Shown in pieces: positions 18,512-28,452 of a DNA stretch of 38,046 nucleotides. How positions within the stretch are numbered: the stretch's first letter is position 1; every line of letters starts with the position of its first letter. This DNA comes from an uncultured archaeon (lineage in GTDB: Archaea > Asgardarchaeota > Lokiarchaeia > Sigyniarchaeales > SOKP01), in the NCBI GenBank assembly GCA_964583985.1, contig CAZOYD010000032.1:1-38046 (forward strand), in the 5' to 3' direction. Made by a program: the position numbers and the translations under genes. Under the pieces are notes generated by a model. It saw only the letters and a list, made by a program, of their open reading frames with translations, did no database searches and had not been told where the DNA came from.

Positions 18512-18916
18512 TCTATAATTACACCTTTATTAATAGTATTTAATTTTAATTATGTGATAATATAATCAAGACAATTTTAATTTAATGATTATAAGCTAAA
18601 AATTGGTGATCTTAGAATTTTCATCATATATCCTTGATAATAGAATTAGAAAAAATCCTTTTTAACATTCTTACAATCATTTTTGTGATTTTGATAACTT
18701 GATTAAGATTTCCTTGAGAAGATCTCACTGATAATTATAAAGAATAGTCGACTTTTAAGTAGTCAAATTTTTTATCCCTAAATACTCTGAAAGAATCCAT
18801 TGATTATGAATTTGCTAAAGAAATGACTCGACTTGCATATATCAAATCAGAAGACTAGAAATTTCACGCAAATGAAATAATAAATTAAGGATTTAAAAAT
18901 AAATATAAAAATAAAA

Positions 18917-21904
18917 TTATTGTAAAACTAATATTATGCTTACAGGAGATTGATATATAATCTCCCCACCTACAACTAAGGTCCATTTTGCGTATATGAT
19001 GATATTTCCTATCGATGGAGCTAAGTACCCAGAAAATTGCATTCCTTCCCCAAAGTAAATAATTCTATTCAGGATTGTAAAATTCACACCAGTGAATGAA
19101 TCGGTACCGCTTAAGAATGTATATGTTGAATTCTCGAGTGGGTATAAGTCCTGAGGAACATATAAGCTATAGTTAACATCATTTGTAGTTGAAGTATAAA
19201 TCGATAAGTTAACCATAACATCCAAACCCGGAGCGGAATAATTAGTATCCGTGTTTTGCAGGGAAATTGTGAATTGAGCAGGATTGTTGGGATAGTTAAT
19301 CGTAGTTTCAATATCAAAATTGTATGTTAATGTGAGATTAGAAGGTCCTATTACTCCAGTGATATTCAGGTCCAAATATGCTTCTGGAGCGTTTTTTCCG
19401 TATCCAACGTTTCTAGTCTGCGCTTCAACAAATCCCGCTAGTTTTAATTGTTGTAAAGCCCCAGAAGTACTATAAGTTGGGATGTAATAATATACTGACC
19501 CTGCAAGAGGATAGAGTAAGATATTTCCATTTCGTGCTCCCGCTATTAAAGAGATCTGTTGCGTAGCTTCTGATATATAAGTTGAATTTGCTGATTGTGG
19601 TCCTAAATAGCTAGTAGCTGAATTTCTCGTATAATAAAAGATAGCTTGTCCAAAATTATCACCATGTCTCACGACATACATTCCTGCAAGTATATTTGCT
19701 GTACTTCCTTTATATTCAACGAGATCTAAACCAACATATTCAATTCCTTTACCTAGATCAGATTCAATATAGTATAGATCTCCCTCACCTGGACTTTTAT
19801 AAAAATCTACCTGACCCTTCCATATTGTTGGGTTATCTACATGATATGTGTAATCAGCGTTAAGTTGTTGTCTGAATAACGCCTCTGGATATCGTAGTTG
19901 ACTTTTTAACCAAGTAGGCATTGATTTCCATTCATATATTGAATTCGACACGTAAATGCTCCATAATGGTGCAGTTGGATCATTAAGTTTGTCTAATGAA
20001 GGACTTTCATAGAAAGTCATGCCCCCATCAACAACATCAACTAGGCAAACACCAAGAAATCTTAAAACTGGGGTCGTTGCATAGGAACCAATATACATGC
20101 TGGTATATATTGAAACGGCATAATATAATTTTCCCCTAGTGATATCAAAGACTAAATACGCATCATTATCAATGGATAATTGTGGAAGTAGGATATCTCT
20201 AACTCTTGTTTTCACGTTTCGATTGATTAAGTAATTGTTTTCTGGACTGGTTGAATATGCGATGAGCCCTAAATTTATTTTTTTCCAAAAACCTTCTAAT
20301 CCTGTTAATGTTCCATCTGGTTGTGATGAATACTTGAAGTGGTAATTAGTCGTATTTCCGGCCCATTGAGTTCCCAATAAAACATCCGAATCAAAAGCTC
20401 CTATTATTCCTTCTTGAGAGCTAATTCCAGTAGTTTCTTGTAAGTACATTTCACTTTCACTTTCTCCAAAAAACATGGGATAATCTTGAGTAATGTTAAA
20501 TTTTTGAGTAGTATTAATTAATTCACCAGAAAATGTATCCATGGCTAAAAATCCCTCTACATGATCCAAAAGTTCTGTGCTTCTTTGAACTGGATCTCCA
20601 GTAATTTCACTAAATCGAATTGTTTTTGGAGCAACCCAATATTCTTTGCCGTTAATGTATACGATATCAGCATCAGCTAATCCTTCATACGTGGATCCTA
20701 TTGATGCCGCGAGATAACGAACAGTAAATGTTTGATCGTATTGTCTTACTAAAGACACCATTTTTTGATCAGAAGTTGTTGTAGAACTACTGAAATTTTC
20801 CATGCTTCTTTCCGCAAACATGTCTAATCCAGCACAATCTTTTGTCCAATCCACTTCTCTTTGATATTTCTTAACCCATTGTTGTTGGAGCCAAACACTA
20901 GTATCATTCATGGTTATTGAAGGTCCGATGCTTATGAATAAGGGTACAACTAAAAGGATCATCAAAAGTAAACCAACATAACCAATTCTTTTAATTTTTG
21001 GAATTGTTAGAATATAATTTGTTGAATCACGAGAATAATTAGATCTTCCATAAATGTAAATTAATAATCCAAATATTGGAAAACTAATAAACCCAATAAC
21101 TAAAGACCATATTTGAATTAAATTTACACCATCCAAAGATTGTGTTGGAGTAGTAAAGAACCATAATCCAAATACGAGACCTATAGTTATGAAAATATTA
21201 CCAAGTGCATAATAATCATTTCTCCTTAAATATACATTTTTCACAATATTTAGTATAAGTCTGAAAATTACCACTGCAAACGTGAAATATATAATAGGCA
21301 AGATTATATTACTATAAAGATATATCGTGATATAATCTTTACTTACTGGAGTAAATAGCACGTTAAATGCATCAATAATAATTGTAGGTGTTATGTTCAA
21401 ATTTCCATTTTCGATTAAATAAGCAACCCATGAAAAAGAGGTTGTATTAAAGTCTAATAGAAAACCCAAAAAGTAGAAAAGCACAAAACCAGCAGTCCAC
21501 CAAAAGAGCAGACTCTTAACATAAGATGGTTTACCAAAACCTAAACGGGTTCCAAGAGCAGTTAAGAATGTTCTATCAGGAGGGATGCTCATTATAATGC
21601 TTCCTATTAGCGCTCCAATCAGTGCAGTCTTGTTAAAAAAGAAGTTAGTTGCCCAAAAATTCAAAAAGTACACATTTATAAAATCTGCGTTTGCTTTATT
21701 TGAATACAATTGTGCTTGTAAGTTGATATCAGCATACCAAGAAGGCCAGAGCCAAAAAATTGCTAGTACTGCTATTACGGCAATCAAAATAATGCCATAT
21801 AATAAGTATTTTCTAACTCGGGGCTTTTTTTTTAATGGATTGTAATGATAGCGTCTTGAACCTATTGGTACCTCATTATTTGTATTGTTAGATATTCTTG
21901 ACAT
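18917..21904 (-). CDS. UPF0182-family membrane protein
   Basis: Multi-TM N-terminal half; soluble region with RNVKTRVRDILLPQLSIDNDAYLV, VDVVDGGMTFY, LRYPEALFRQQL...YHVDNP and GNILLYP. Confidence 0.8.
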   Translation of the reverse strand: MSRISNNTNNEVPIGSRRYHYNPLKKKPRVRKYLLYGIILIAVIAVLAIFWLWPSWYADINLQAQLYSNKANADFINVYFLNFWATNFFFNKTALIGALIGSIIMSIPPDRTFLTALGTRLGFGKPSYVKSLLFWWTAGFVLFYFLGFLLDFNTTSFSWVAYLIENGNLNITPTIIIDAFNVLFTPVSKDYITIYLYSNIILPIIYFTFAVVIFRLILNIVKNVYLRRNDYYALGNIFITIGLVFGLWFFTTPTQSLDGVNLIQIWSLVIGFISFPIFGLLIYIYGRSNYSRDSTNYILTIPKIKRIGYVGLLLMILLVVPLFISIGPSITMNDTSVWLQQQWVKKYQREVDWTKDCAGLDMFAERSMENFSSSTTTSDQKMVSLVRQYDQTFTVRYLAASIGSTYEGLADADIVYINGKEYWVAPKTIRFSEITGDPVQRSTELLDHVEGFLAMDTFSGELINTTQKFNITQDYPMFFGESESEMYLQETTGISSQEGIIGAFDSDVLLGTQWAGNTTNYHFKYSSQPDGTLTGLEGFWKKINLGLIAYSTSPENNYLINRNVKTRVRDILLPQLSIDNDAYLVFDITRGKLYYAVSIYTSMYIGSYATTPVLRFLGVCLVDVVDGGMTFYESPSLDKLNDPTAPLWSIYVSNSIYEWKSMPTWLKSQLRYPEALFRQQLNADYTYHVDNPTIWKGQVDFYKSPGEGDLYYIESDLGKGIEYVGLDLVEYKGSTANILAGMYVVRHGDNFGQAIFYYTRNSATSYLGPQSANSTYISEATQQISLIAGARNGNILLYPLAGSVYYYIPTYSTSGALQQLKLAGFVEAQTRNVGYGKNAPEAYLDLNITGVIGPSNLTLTYNFDIETTINYPNNPAQFTISLQNTDTNYSAPGLDVMVNLSIYTSTTNDVNYSLYVPQDLYPLENSTYTFLSGTDSFTGVNFTILNRIIYFGEGMQFSGYLAPSIGNIIIYAKWTLVVGGEIIYQSPVSIILVLQ

Positions 21905-22015
21905 AATTTTTTTATAGATAATTTGCTTAAAATTAAAAATATTAATTTCCTTTAGTTTTTAAAAGAAATTGCTTTAATATAAAAGATAATTACCTAGCAT
22001 AAGAATTTTACTTGA

Positions 22016-22420
22016 GTGATTTACTTGGCAAAGAAAAAGAAGATACGCGAAGAATTTGAAATTGTTTTTAAAAGTGGGAATGAAAGGGAAATAAAAAACA
22101 TGTTAGATAAGAATCCTTGGCTCCTTGATGAAGTATCTTCTCAATTCGATGAAACAATGGGCATTCAAGAGCAAGTTATTGCTGCTTTAGGAGTGATGGA
22201 AGATGAATTGGGAAATTCGGTTCCAGTTGATGAGATAGCATTTTGCTTAAAAGTTGATCTGGGAGTTACAAAAACCGAAGAAGAAGTGAGAGAGATCTTA
22301 TTTGCTGTAGAAAAAATTGGTTTGGTAAAGGAGGAAGGAAATGGATGGAGTCTAACAAGTCAAGGTGGAAAAGTGTGCGATGATTTCTTAGTCAAAAACA
22401 TGAGAAGCTTTGATATTTAA
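22016..22420 (+). CDS. Hypothetical winged-helix protein
   Basis: C-terminal EEVREILFAVEKIGLVKEEGNGWSLTSQG wHTH wing pattern. Start is GTG 22016 or TTG 22025. Confidence 0.65.
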   Translation: MIYLAKKKKIREEFEIVFKSGNEREIKNMLDKNPWLLDEVSSQFDETMGIQEQVIAALGVMEDELGNSVPVDEIAFCLKVDLGVTKTEEEVREILFAVEKIGLVKEEGNGWSLTSQGGKVCDDFLVKNMRSFDI

Positions 22421-22542
22421 TTGATATTAAGATTTTTCCAAAAATTAATAGCTATCTTATCAATAATAATATAATTTTAGAGTTATATGGTTTAAAAAAA
22501 ATTATCAAGTATTTTATTCAATTTTTACTGATCATGATTTAA

Positions 22543-25500
22543 GTGAGAGATATGGATGAACAAAATGAAAATGAGAAAAAAAAAGATGATAATGAGGGTG
22601 AAGGGTTTGATCCCACAAAAGTAGCTTTTTTCTCAGATATGAATGATATGCAAGAAGAAATTATGGCTGAAGCTTATGAATTAGTTAAACATGCGCTATC
22701 ATTATTAGAAACCTACTATTTTGATGATGCAATAGAAATAATAAAGCAAGCGATGGGACTTTATGAACAAGTTGACCATAAGTTAGAGGTAGATGCTTTA
22801 CATGCAAAAATCACCGAAATTCAACTTATGAAAGAGAAACACTTTAGAGAGAAAGAATTAGAAATTGAGGTGGTGAAAGAAGATATCTCTCAGGAAACAG
22901 AAATTGGTGAAGAAAACAGGAAAAGAATCGAATTTTTACTTAGAGAAGCAGAAAAATTAATTAAAGATCATCAATTTGATAAAACTCTTGATATTTATGA
23001 TGAACTCACTCATTTATATCAAGAAATGAATGATTTTCAAGGTTTGGAAAAATTAAATGGGATGATTGAAGAATGTTATAATAAAAAGGCTGATTACCTG
23101 CATCAAATAAAAAGTTCTGAACCTTCAAGTGAAGATCTAATAGGAGAGAAACTAACTATTTTTGAAGAGACAAAATTAGATGAATCACAAATTTCTTCAA
23201 GAGCACTAGAGTTAGTAGGAAGAGCTTCTGAGCTCAGGAAAGGATATCTTTTTGATGAAGCACTAGAATTATATCAAGAAAGTATTAATTTATTTGAAGA
23301 AATTAATTGGGTAAATGAAGCTAAAAATATAAAAGAAATAATAGAAGATATCAATAAACAAAAGGTAATTGTTGAGGAAACCGCAGATCAAGCTCGATTA
23401 GAACGAAAAAGAATGGAACAGATCACCCAAAGAGAAGAAGAAAGATTGATAGAACAATCGAAGAATATCGAGCAAATGCAAATTCAAGAAAGAGAACTCC
23501 GATTAAAAGAACTTTCTGAAAAAAGGCAAGAAGAAGACGATTTTCGATTAGAAATCAGTAATAATGTGGATCATGCGGAGAAGTTAGTAAGAGAATATGA
23601 ACTTGAGATGAAAAAAGCAATAAAAGAAGGTTCAGTTTTGCCACAATCGATTTATTCTGAAGTTATTTCAATTTATGAATCAATTAAAGACATGGTTAGT
23701 CAAAGGGGATGGAATGATCAAGTCATTATATATGATCGACAAATAAAATTCTATACGAATAAACTTCTCCAAGATGGGAAACTTAGAGAAGTTGAAGCAA
23801 AAAAAGCTAAAAAACAAAAATCCTACGAAGAATCTCTTAAATTCACTAAAAAAGAAGAAAGAATTATTTTACCGATAGTTGAAGATGTGCGTTCTAAAGA
23901 ACTAGAGGAACAGGAATCACGAAAATTGATTGAGAATTTAATAAAATCAGCAGAGAGAATGGCGCGTGAGTATGATATAGCTTTTAAAAAGGCGATAAAA
24001 AGAGGTAATTTGGACATCCAATCAAAATATCCGGAGATATTGGAAATTTACACGCAAGCGAGAACTCTCGCGTCACAAAAAGGATGGACTGAGGAAGCAA
24101 GTGTTTATTCAACTCAGATTAAAAAATACACGGATTTGTACGATAAAGAATCAAATGTTCGCGAAATTGAAGCCAAAAAGATAGAAAAGGATAAAGAATT
24201 TGAAAAGTCACATCAAGTACGAGCAAAAGATGAATTGCCTGAGTTGAAAATTCAAAAATTAAAGTCTCTTGAACAAGATCGGATCCAACAAGAGCAAGAA
24301 TTAGCATTTCGCGAGCAAATTGATTCAATGGTAAATTCAGCTGAAAAAATGGCTCGAGAGTATGATATTGCTTTTAAAAAAGCGATAAAGCAGGGTAATT
24401 TGGACATCCAATCAAAATATCCCGAGATATTAGAAATTTACACGCAAGCGAGAACTCTCGCGTCACAAAAAGGATGGACTAAGGAAGCGGGTGTTTATTC
24501 AACTCAGATTAAAAAATACACGGATTTGTATGATAAAGAATTAAATGTGCGTGAAATTGAAGAAATTAAGCTGCAAAAGGAAAAAGAATTTGAAGATATG
24601 TACAAGATTCACCCAAAGAATGGATTATCTGAGCTGGGGCTTCAAAGAGTAAAGTCTCTTGAACAAGATCGGATCCAGCAAGAGCAAGAATTAGCATTTC
24701 GCGAGCAAATTGATTCAATGGTAAATTTAGCTGAAAAAATGGCTCGAGAGTATGATATTGCTTTTAAAAAAGCGATAAAGCAGGGTAATTTGGACATCCA
24801 ATCAAAATATCCCGAGATATTAGAAATTTACACGCAAGCGAGAACTCTCGCGTCACAAAAAGGATGGACTGAGGAAGCAAGTGTTTATTCAACTCAGATT
24901 AAAAAATACACGGATTTGTACGATAAAGAATCAAATGTTCGCGAAATTGAAGCCAAAAAGATAGAAAAGGATAAAGAATTTGAAGAATTAAAGAGAAAAG
25001 ATAAGGTTGGAACTGCAAAGGATTTCGAATTTGAAAAGTATAAACTTAGTGAAGAAACGCAGAAAATTCAAGAAGAAGATGGAGAATTTGAAAATTATAT
25101 CGATAATATTATCAATTCGACCTTGAAAGACGTTAGAGAATATGAAATGGCAATTAAAAGGGGTCAATTTGAGAGAGAGTGTCCATATTTAAAAATCAGT
25201 GAAATTTATGAAGATATATATAAACAGGTATATAAAAAGGGATGGAAAGATGAAGCAGAGTTATATAAAAAGCAAATTACCATATTTAGAGAAAAATGTG
25301 AAAGAGATAATCGATTAAGGCAATTAGAATTAGAAAAACTCGAGAAACAAAAAGTCTATGAAGAATCTCTAAGGGTTGGCATCGATGAAAAAGAAATAAA
25401 CGTGCAAAAATTTCAAGAATTAGAAGGAAAAAAAAGTACAAATGATGTTATACTTGAGGAAGCGATGAATCTCATCAATGAAGCTGAAAATGCAGTTAGA

Positions 25501-27417
25501 AGTTATGAGTTGACTATAAAAAAAGAGGTATTACTACTTACAAGTCCTTATGATGATGCTATTTTAAAATATGAACAGGCTAAAAAAAAGCTTAAAGAAA
25601 TTAATTGGATTGATGAATCTAACCGCTTAATAGCTACGATTAACTTTTATAAGGAAAAAAAGGCTAGAGATGATAGTATACGAGAATTGGCGATGCAAAA
25701 ACTTGAGGATGAGAAGAAAGAATCTATTAAAATGGATCGAGAAATTAAAAACGTACCAGATTTAAGAGAATTAAGTGCTATAGCATTCGAAACTAGTAAA
25801 AAAGAAAAAAATTCCGAAGTGGAAGTCATCCTAAATGGAATACAAGAAGCTGAAAAAATTGCCAAGCAATATGAACTTGAAATTAAGAAAGGAATTTTAG
25901 ATGTAGAATGTCCGTATGAGCATATTATTGAGATTTATCAAAAAGCCAAACGTCAATTTGAACAAATCGGTTGGACGGAACAAGCTTCCCAAATTTTAAA
26001 TTCTATTTCGTTTTATCAAGAAAAATTAATTTCTGATAAAAATTTAAGAGAATTGGAGAAACAAAAATTACAGAAAGAGGAAGAAGAACTTCACAAACAA
26101 AAGTTAGAGACTAAATTAGTACGTGAAGCAGAAGCGGAATTGATGAAACAAAAAGTACAGGCACTCGAATTAAAAAAACAGAAAGAAAAAGAGTACGAAT
26201 CTAAAAAGGATCAAGCTTTTAGCATGATGGATTTAGCAAAAAGAGAACTTAAGCTTGACAATTTCGAGACAGCTATTAAATATTACAATGAAAGTGAAAA
26301 AATATTTTCAGAAATTAATTGGAAAGAAGGAATTCAAATGGTAAAAGGCTCTATAAAAGCAATAGAAAACAAGAAGGAAAAAATAGAATATGAGAGAAAA
26401 TTAAAAATAAGACAAGAACAAGAAAGATTACAATTCCTTGAACAAATGGATGAAAAAATATCTAAAGCTGAGGAATTAAAGAGAATACAAGAAGAACAAA
26501 AGCGACAAGAATTTCTTATAACTCAACGTCAAAAAGAACAAGAAAAAACTATTTCTGAAGAAGCTTATGCATTATTAGAAATTGGTACCGAATTAAAAAA
26601 TCAGAAGAAATTTATTGAAGCACATGAAAAATATACGATGGCAAGGAATTTATTCGACAAGCTTGGTTGGAATCATGAAGTCAGCCGAATTAATAATGAA
26701 TTGCTTTTCATCTTAAAGAAAGAAAGGAAGCAACATGAGAAGCTCAAAACCTTAAAACAAGTCAAAATTGAGAAAGATCAAGAGATCGAAGCTCTTTTAA
26801 AAGAAGCAGAGATTAAAAGAAATGAACAAGAAGAAATTAAGAAAGAAGAAAAAAAAAAGAAGCGAGAAGAATTTGTTGAAAAGGAATGGGAACGAGCAAA
26901 TGGAGTCATTAAAGACCTTAAATATAACGAGGGAGTTATAATACTTAAAAAAGTAGCAAAAAAACTAAAAAAGATGGGGAAAGACAAACTCTTAAAACAG
27001 GTCAATAAGCAAATCGAAACACTCAAAAACGCAAGTTTAGTACCGTTAATTACAATATATGATGTTGAAAAAGGTGAAAATATGGAAAAATTTGAAATAT
27101 CCTATCGCGGTCTGGATTCTGCTCAAATTTCATTATCGAAAAATCAATTTCTGCGAGCAATTTCAGAATTAAATGAAGTTAAATTTAATCTTCAGCAAAC
27201 CTTGATAGGATTATCGCTTATTCCTTTTGTTGACGATACAATTAATTCCTTAAAAAGTGAAGTAGAGGGAAAATCGAGTATATCAGCAATCAGTACTCCA
27301 CATGAAATAGAGGAATCCGTTGAACAAGAAGAAGAAGAAGATTTAAGAACTCAAATATCGATAAGGAGAGAAGAAAGAAAAAGGCGAATACAAGAGCTTC
27401 TTGAAAAAGAAAAATAA
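22543..27417 (+). CDS. Giant alpha-helical repeat protein (about 14 TPR/MIT-like modules joined by E/K/R-rich helices)
   Basis: 1624-aa uninterrupted ORF; recurring A..Y..A...F...(G/N)W..EA....I module; no TM segment. The likely start is ATG 22552. Confidence 0.85.
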   Translation: MRDMDEQNENEKKKDDNEGEGFDPTKVAFFSDMNDMQEEIMAEAYELVKHALSLLETYYFDDAIEIIKQAMGLYEQVDHKLEVDALHAKITEIQLMKEKHFREKELEIEVVKEDISQETEIGEENRKRIEFLLREAEKLIKDHQFDKTLDIYDELTHLYQEMNDFQGLEKLNGMIEECYNKKADYLHQIKSSEPSSEDLIGEKLTIFEETKLDESQISSRALELVGRASELRKGYLFDEALELYQESINLFEEINWVNEAKNIKEIIEDINKQKVIVEETADQARLERKRMEQITQREEERLIEQSKNIEQMQIQERELRLKELSEKRQEEDDFRLEISNNVDHAEKLVREYELEMKKAIKEGSVLPQSIYSEVISIYESIKDMVSQRGWNDQVIIYDRQIKFYTNKLLQDGKLREVEAKKAKKQKSYEESLKFTKKEERIILPIVEDVRSKELEEQESRKLIENLIKSAERMAREYDIAFKKAIKRGNLDIQSKYPEILEIYTQARTLASQKGWTEEASVYSTQIKKYTDLYDKESNVREIEAKKIEKDKEFEKSHQVRAKDELPELKIQKLKSLEQDRIQQEQELAFREQIDSMVNSAEKMAREYDIAFKKAIKQGNLDIQSKYPEILEIYTQARTLASQKGWTKEAGVYSTQIKKYTDLYDKELNVREIEEIKLQKEKEFEDMYKIHPKNGLSELGLQRVKSLEQDRIQQEQELAFREQIDSMVNLAEKMAREYDIAFKKAIKQGNLDIQSKYPEILEIYTQARTLASQKGWTEEASVYSTQIKKYTDLYDKESNVREIEAKKIEKDKEFEELKRKDKVGTAKDFEFEKYKLSEETQKIQEEDGEFENYIDNIINSTLKDVREYEMAIKRGQFERECPYLKISEIYEDIYKQVYKKGWKDEAELYKKQITIFREKCERDNRLRQLELEKLEKQKVYEESLRVGIDEKEINVQKFQELEGKKSTNDVILEEAMNLINEAENAVRSYELTIKKEVLLLTSPYDDAILKYEQAKKKLKEINWIDESNRLIATINFYKEKKARDDSIRELAMQKLEDEKKESIKMDREIKNVPDLRELSAIAFETSKKEKNSEVEVILNGIQEAEKIAKQYELEIKKGILDVECPYEHIIEIYQKAKRQFEQIGWTEQASQILNSISFYQEKLISDKNLRELEKQKLQKEEEELHKQKLETKLVREAEAELMKQKVQALELKKQKEKEYESKKDQAFSMMDLAKRELKLDNFETAIKYYNESEKIFSEINWKEGIQMVKGSIKAIENKKEKIEYERKLKIRQEQERLQFLEQMDEKISKAEELKRIQEEQKRQEFLITQRQKEQEKTISEEAYALLEIGTELKNQKKFIEAHEKYTMARNLFDKLGWNHEVSRINNELLFILKKERKQHEKLKTLKQVKIEKDQEIEALLKEAEIKRNEQEEIKKEEKKKKREEFVEKEWERANGVIKDLKYNEGVIILKKVAKKLKKMGKDKLLKQVNKQIETLKNASLVPLITIYDVEKGENMEKFEISYRGLDSAQISLSKNQFLRAISELNEVKFNLQQTLIGLSLIPFVDDTINSLKSEVEGKSSISAISTPHEIEESVEQEEEEDLRTQISIRREERKRRIQELLEKEK
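23945..24984 (+). repeat. Three intragenic near-identical repeats with a 390-bp (130-aa) period
   Basis: TGGACATCCAATCAAAATAT occurs at 24011, 24401 and 24791. 24043-24204 is identical to 24823-24984. 24261-24480 and 24651-24870 differ at 2 positions. Confidence 0.95.
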
Positions 27418-27440
27418 AAAAAAATGAAAAATAACAAAAA

Positions 27441-27641
27441 TTAAAAAATTTCTTGAATTTCTGTTTCAAACGTGCTTGGGTTTAGATTCCTGACCGATTC
27501 TTCTATTAGATATTCTGTCTTTATCAAGTCCCGTATGCCAACTCTAATAGCTTCTGATCGATTAGGGAACTTTCCTTCAGCAACCAATATTTCTAAAACT
27601 TTTAAGTATGATTCTGGTAAATTAACTGAGATTAATTTCAT
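27441..27641 (-). CDS. Ribbon-helix-helix transcription factor, CdrS/aCcr1-like
   Basis: MKLISVNLPESYLKVLEILVAEGKFPNRSEAIRVGIRDLI: beta-ribbon plus the G.FPNRSEAIR signature. Confidence 0.85.
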   Translation of the reverse strand: MKLISVNLPESYLKVLEILVAEGKFPNRSEAIRVGIRDLIKTEYLIEESVRNLNPSTFETEIQEIF

Positions 27642-27667
27642 TTTCTATTACTTCCAATAAATTATAA

Positions 27668-27682
27668 TGTGAAAATATCACA
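27668..27682. promoter_or_regulatory. Palindrome TGTGA-AAATA-TCACA, candidate operator
   Basis: Perfect 5+5 inverted repeat 27 nt upstream of the RHH start codon. Confidence 0.3.
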
Positions 27683-27989
27683 GTGGTATATATGATACAA
27701 TGGATCGTTTACCTTTAAAAAGCTTGCTATGGAAAATGACCCCAAGAAAGCCGACATAATTGGAAGAGATATAGTTTTATTTCGACATAAACTTTAATTA
27801 TTTGGTAAAGATTAGAGAGTAAGAAATTTTTAAAATTTTCAAGAAAAAACTTATATCATTGATTTTCAAAACCTTATTAAATTTTATGTTACAAATTAGT
27901 GTATGAAAAATTATTTATACCAATGCCTTATATGTAACACAAAGGTAAAATTAACTTTTATTAAAATTAATAACATAAATTAAAAGGAA

Positions 27990-28322
27990 GTGCATAAAAT
28001 GTCAGAGATACAAGGCCAATTAAAAGCTCATTTGGAAAAAGGAGATGACTGGGAAAAAATGGAAACTCCAATTGATGGGGTGAATGTTGTTAAAATTCCA
28101 GCCACAAAAACACGACCTGCCTTACTTTTTCTGGAAATAAACCCCCTTAAAGAAGACGGAAAACCTTTTAAAAGAAAGGGGTTATTCGTTGGATCATATG
28201 AAATGTTCGTAAAGTTTGGAGAAGCGTTTAATGATGATAAGGTGTATCAATTAATTAAAGAGCTTGAAAAAGTCAATCCAAAAGTTTCTGCTAGTGGAAC
28301 AACAAAAAAATTAAAAATGTAG
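27990..28322 (+). CDS. Conserved archaeal hypothetical protein
   Basis: DWEKMETPIDGVNVVKIP...LEINPLKEDGKPFKRKGL pattern; the likely start is ATG 27999 after AAGGAAG. Confidence 0.75.
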   Translation: MHKMSEIQGQLKAHLEKGDDWEKMETPIDGVNVVKIPATKTRPALLFLEINPLKEDGKPFKRKGLFVGSYEMFVKFGEAFNDDKVYQLIKELEKVNPKVSASGTTKKLKM

Positions 28323-28452
28323 AGAATAAGACTTTTTCAATTTACTTTATCATATAAAATTAAAGTAAATTTAAATTCATAAATTCGTAAAATTAATTAT
28401 GGAAAGCATTTTGATTTCATATAAATAAAATAAGAAAATTTAGGTAGAAAAT

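Noticed and set aside
18512-18916. 400-bp intergenic gap as a hidden gene or ncRNA
   Set aside because: Only a short start-less frame (...LKESIDYEFAKEMTRLAYIKSED) and no convincing structure or tRNA-like fold. It could be a decayed remnant, but I cannot support that.
23945-24984. Repeats as a diversity-generating retroelement TR/VR pair
   Set aside because: Differences between copies are not confined to adenines (C/T and T/G changes occur), all copies are in-frame coding, and there is no reverse transcriptase in the window.
23945-24984. Repeats as a CRISPR array
   Set aside because: The 390-bp period lies inside an ORF, with no short repeat/unique spacer structure and no cas genes.
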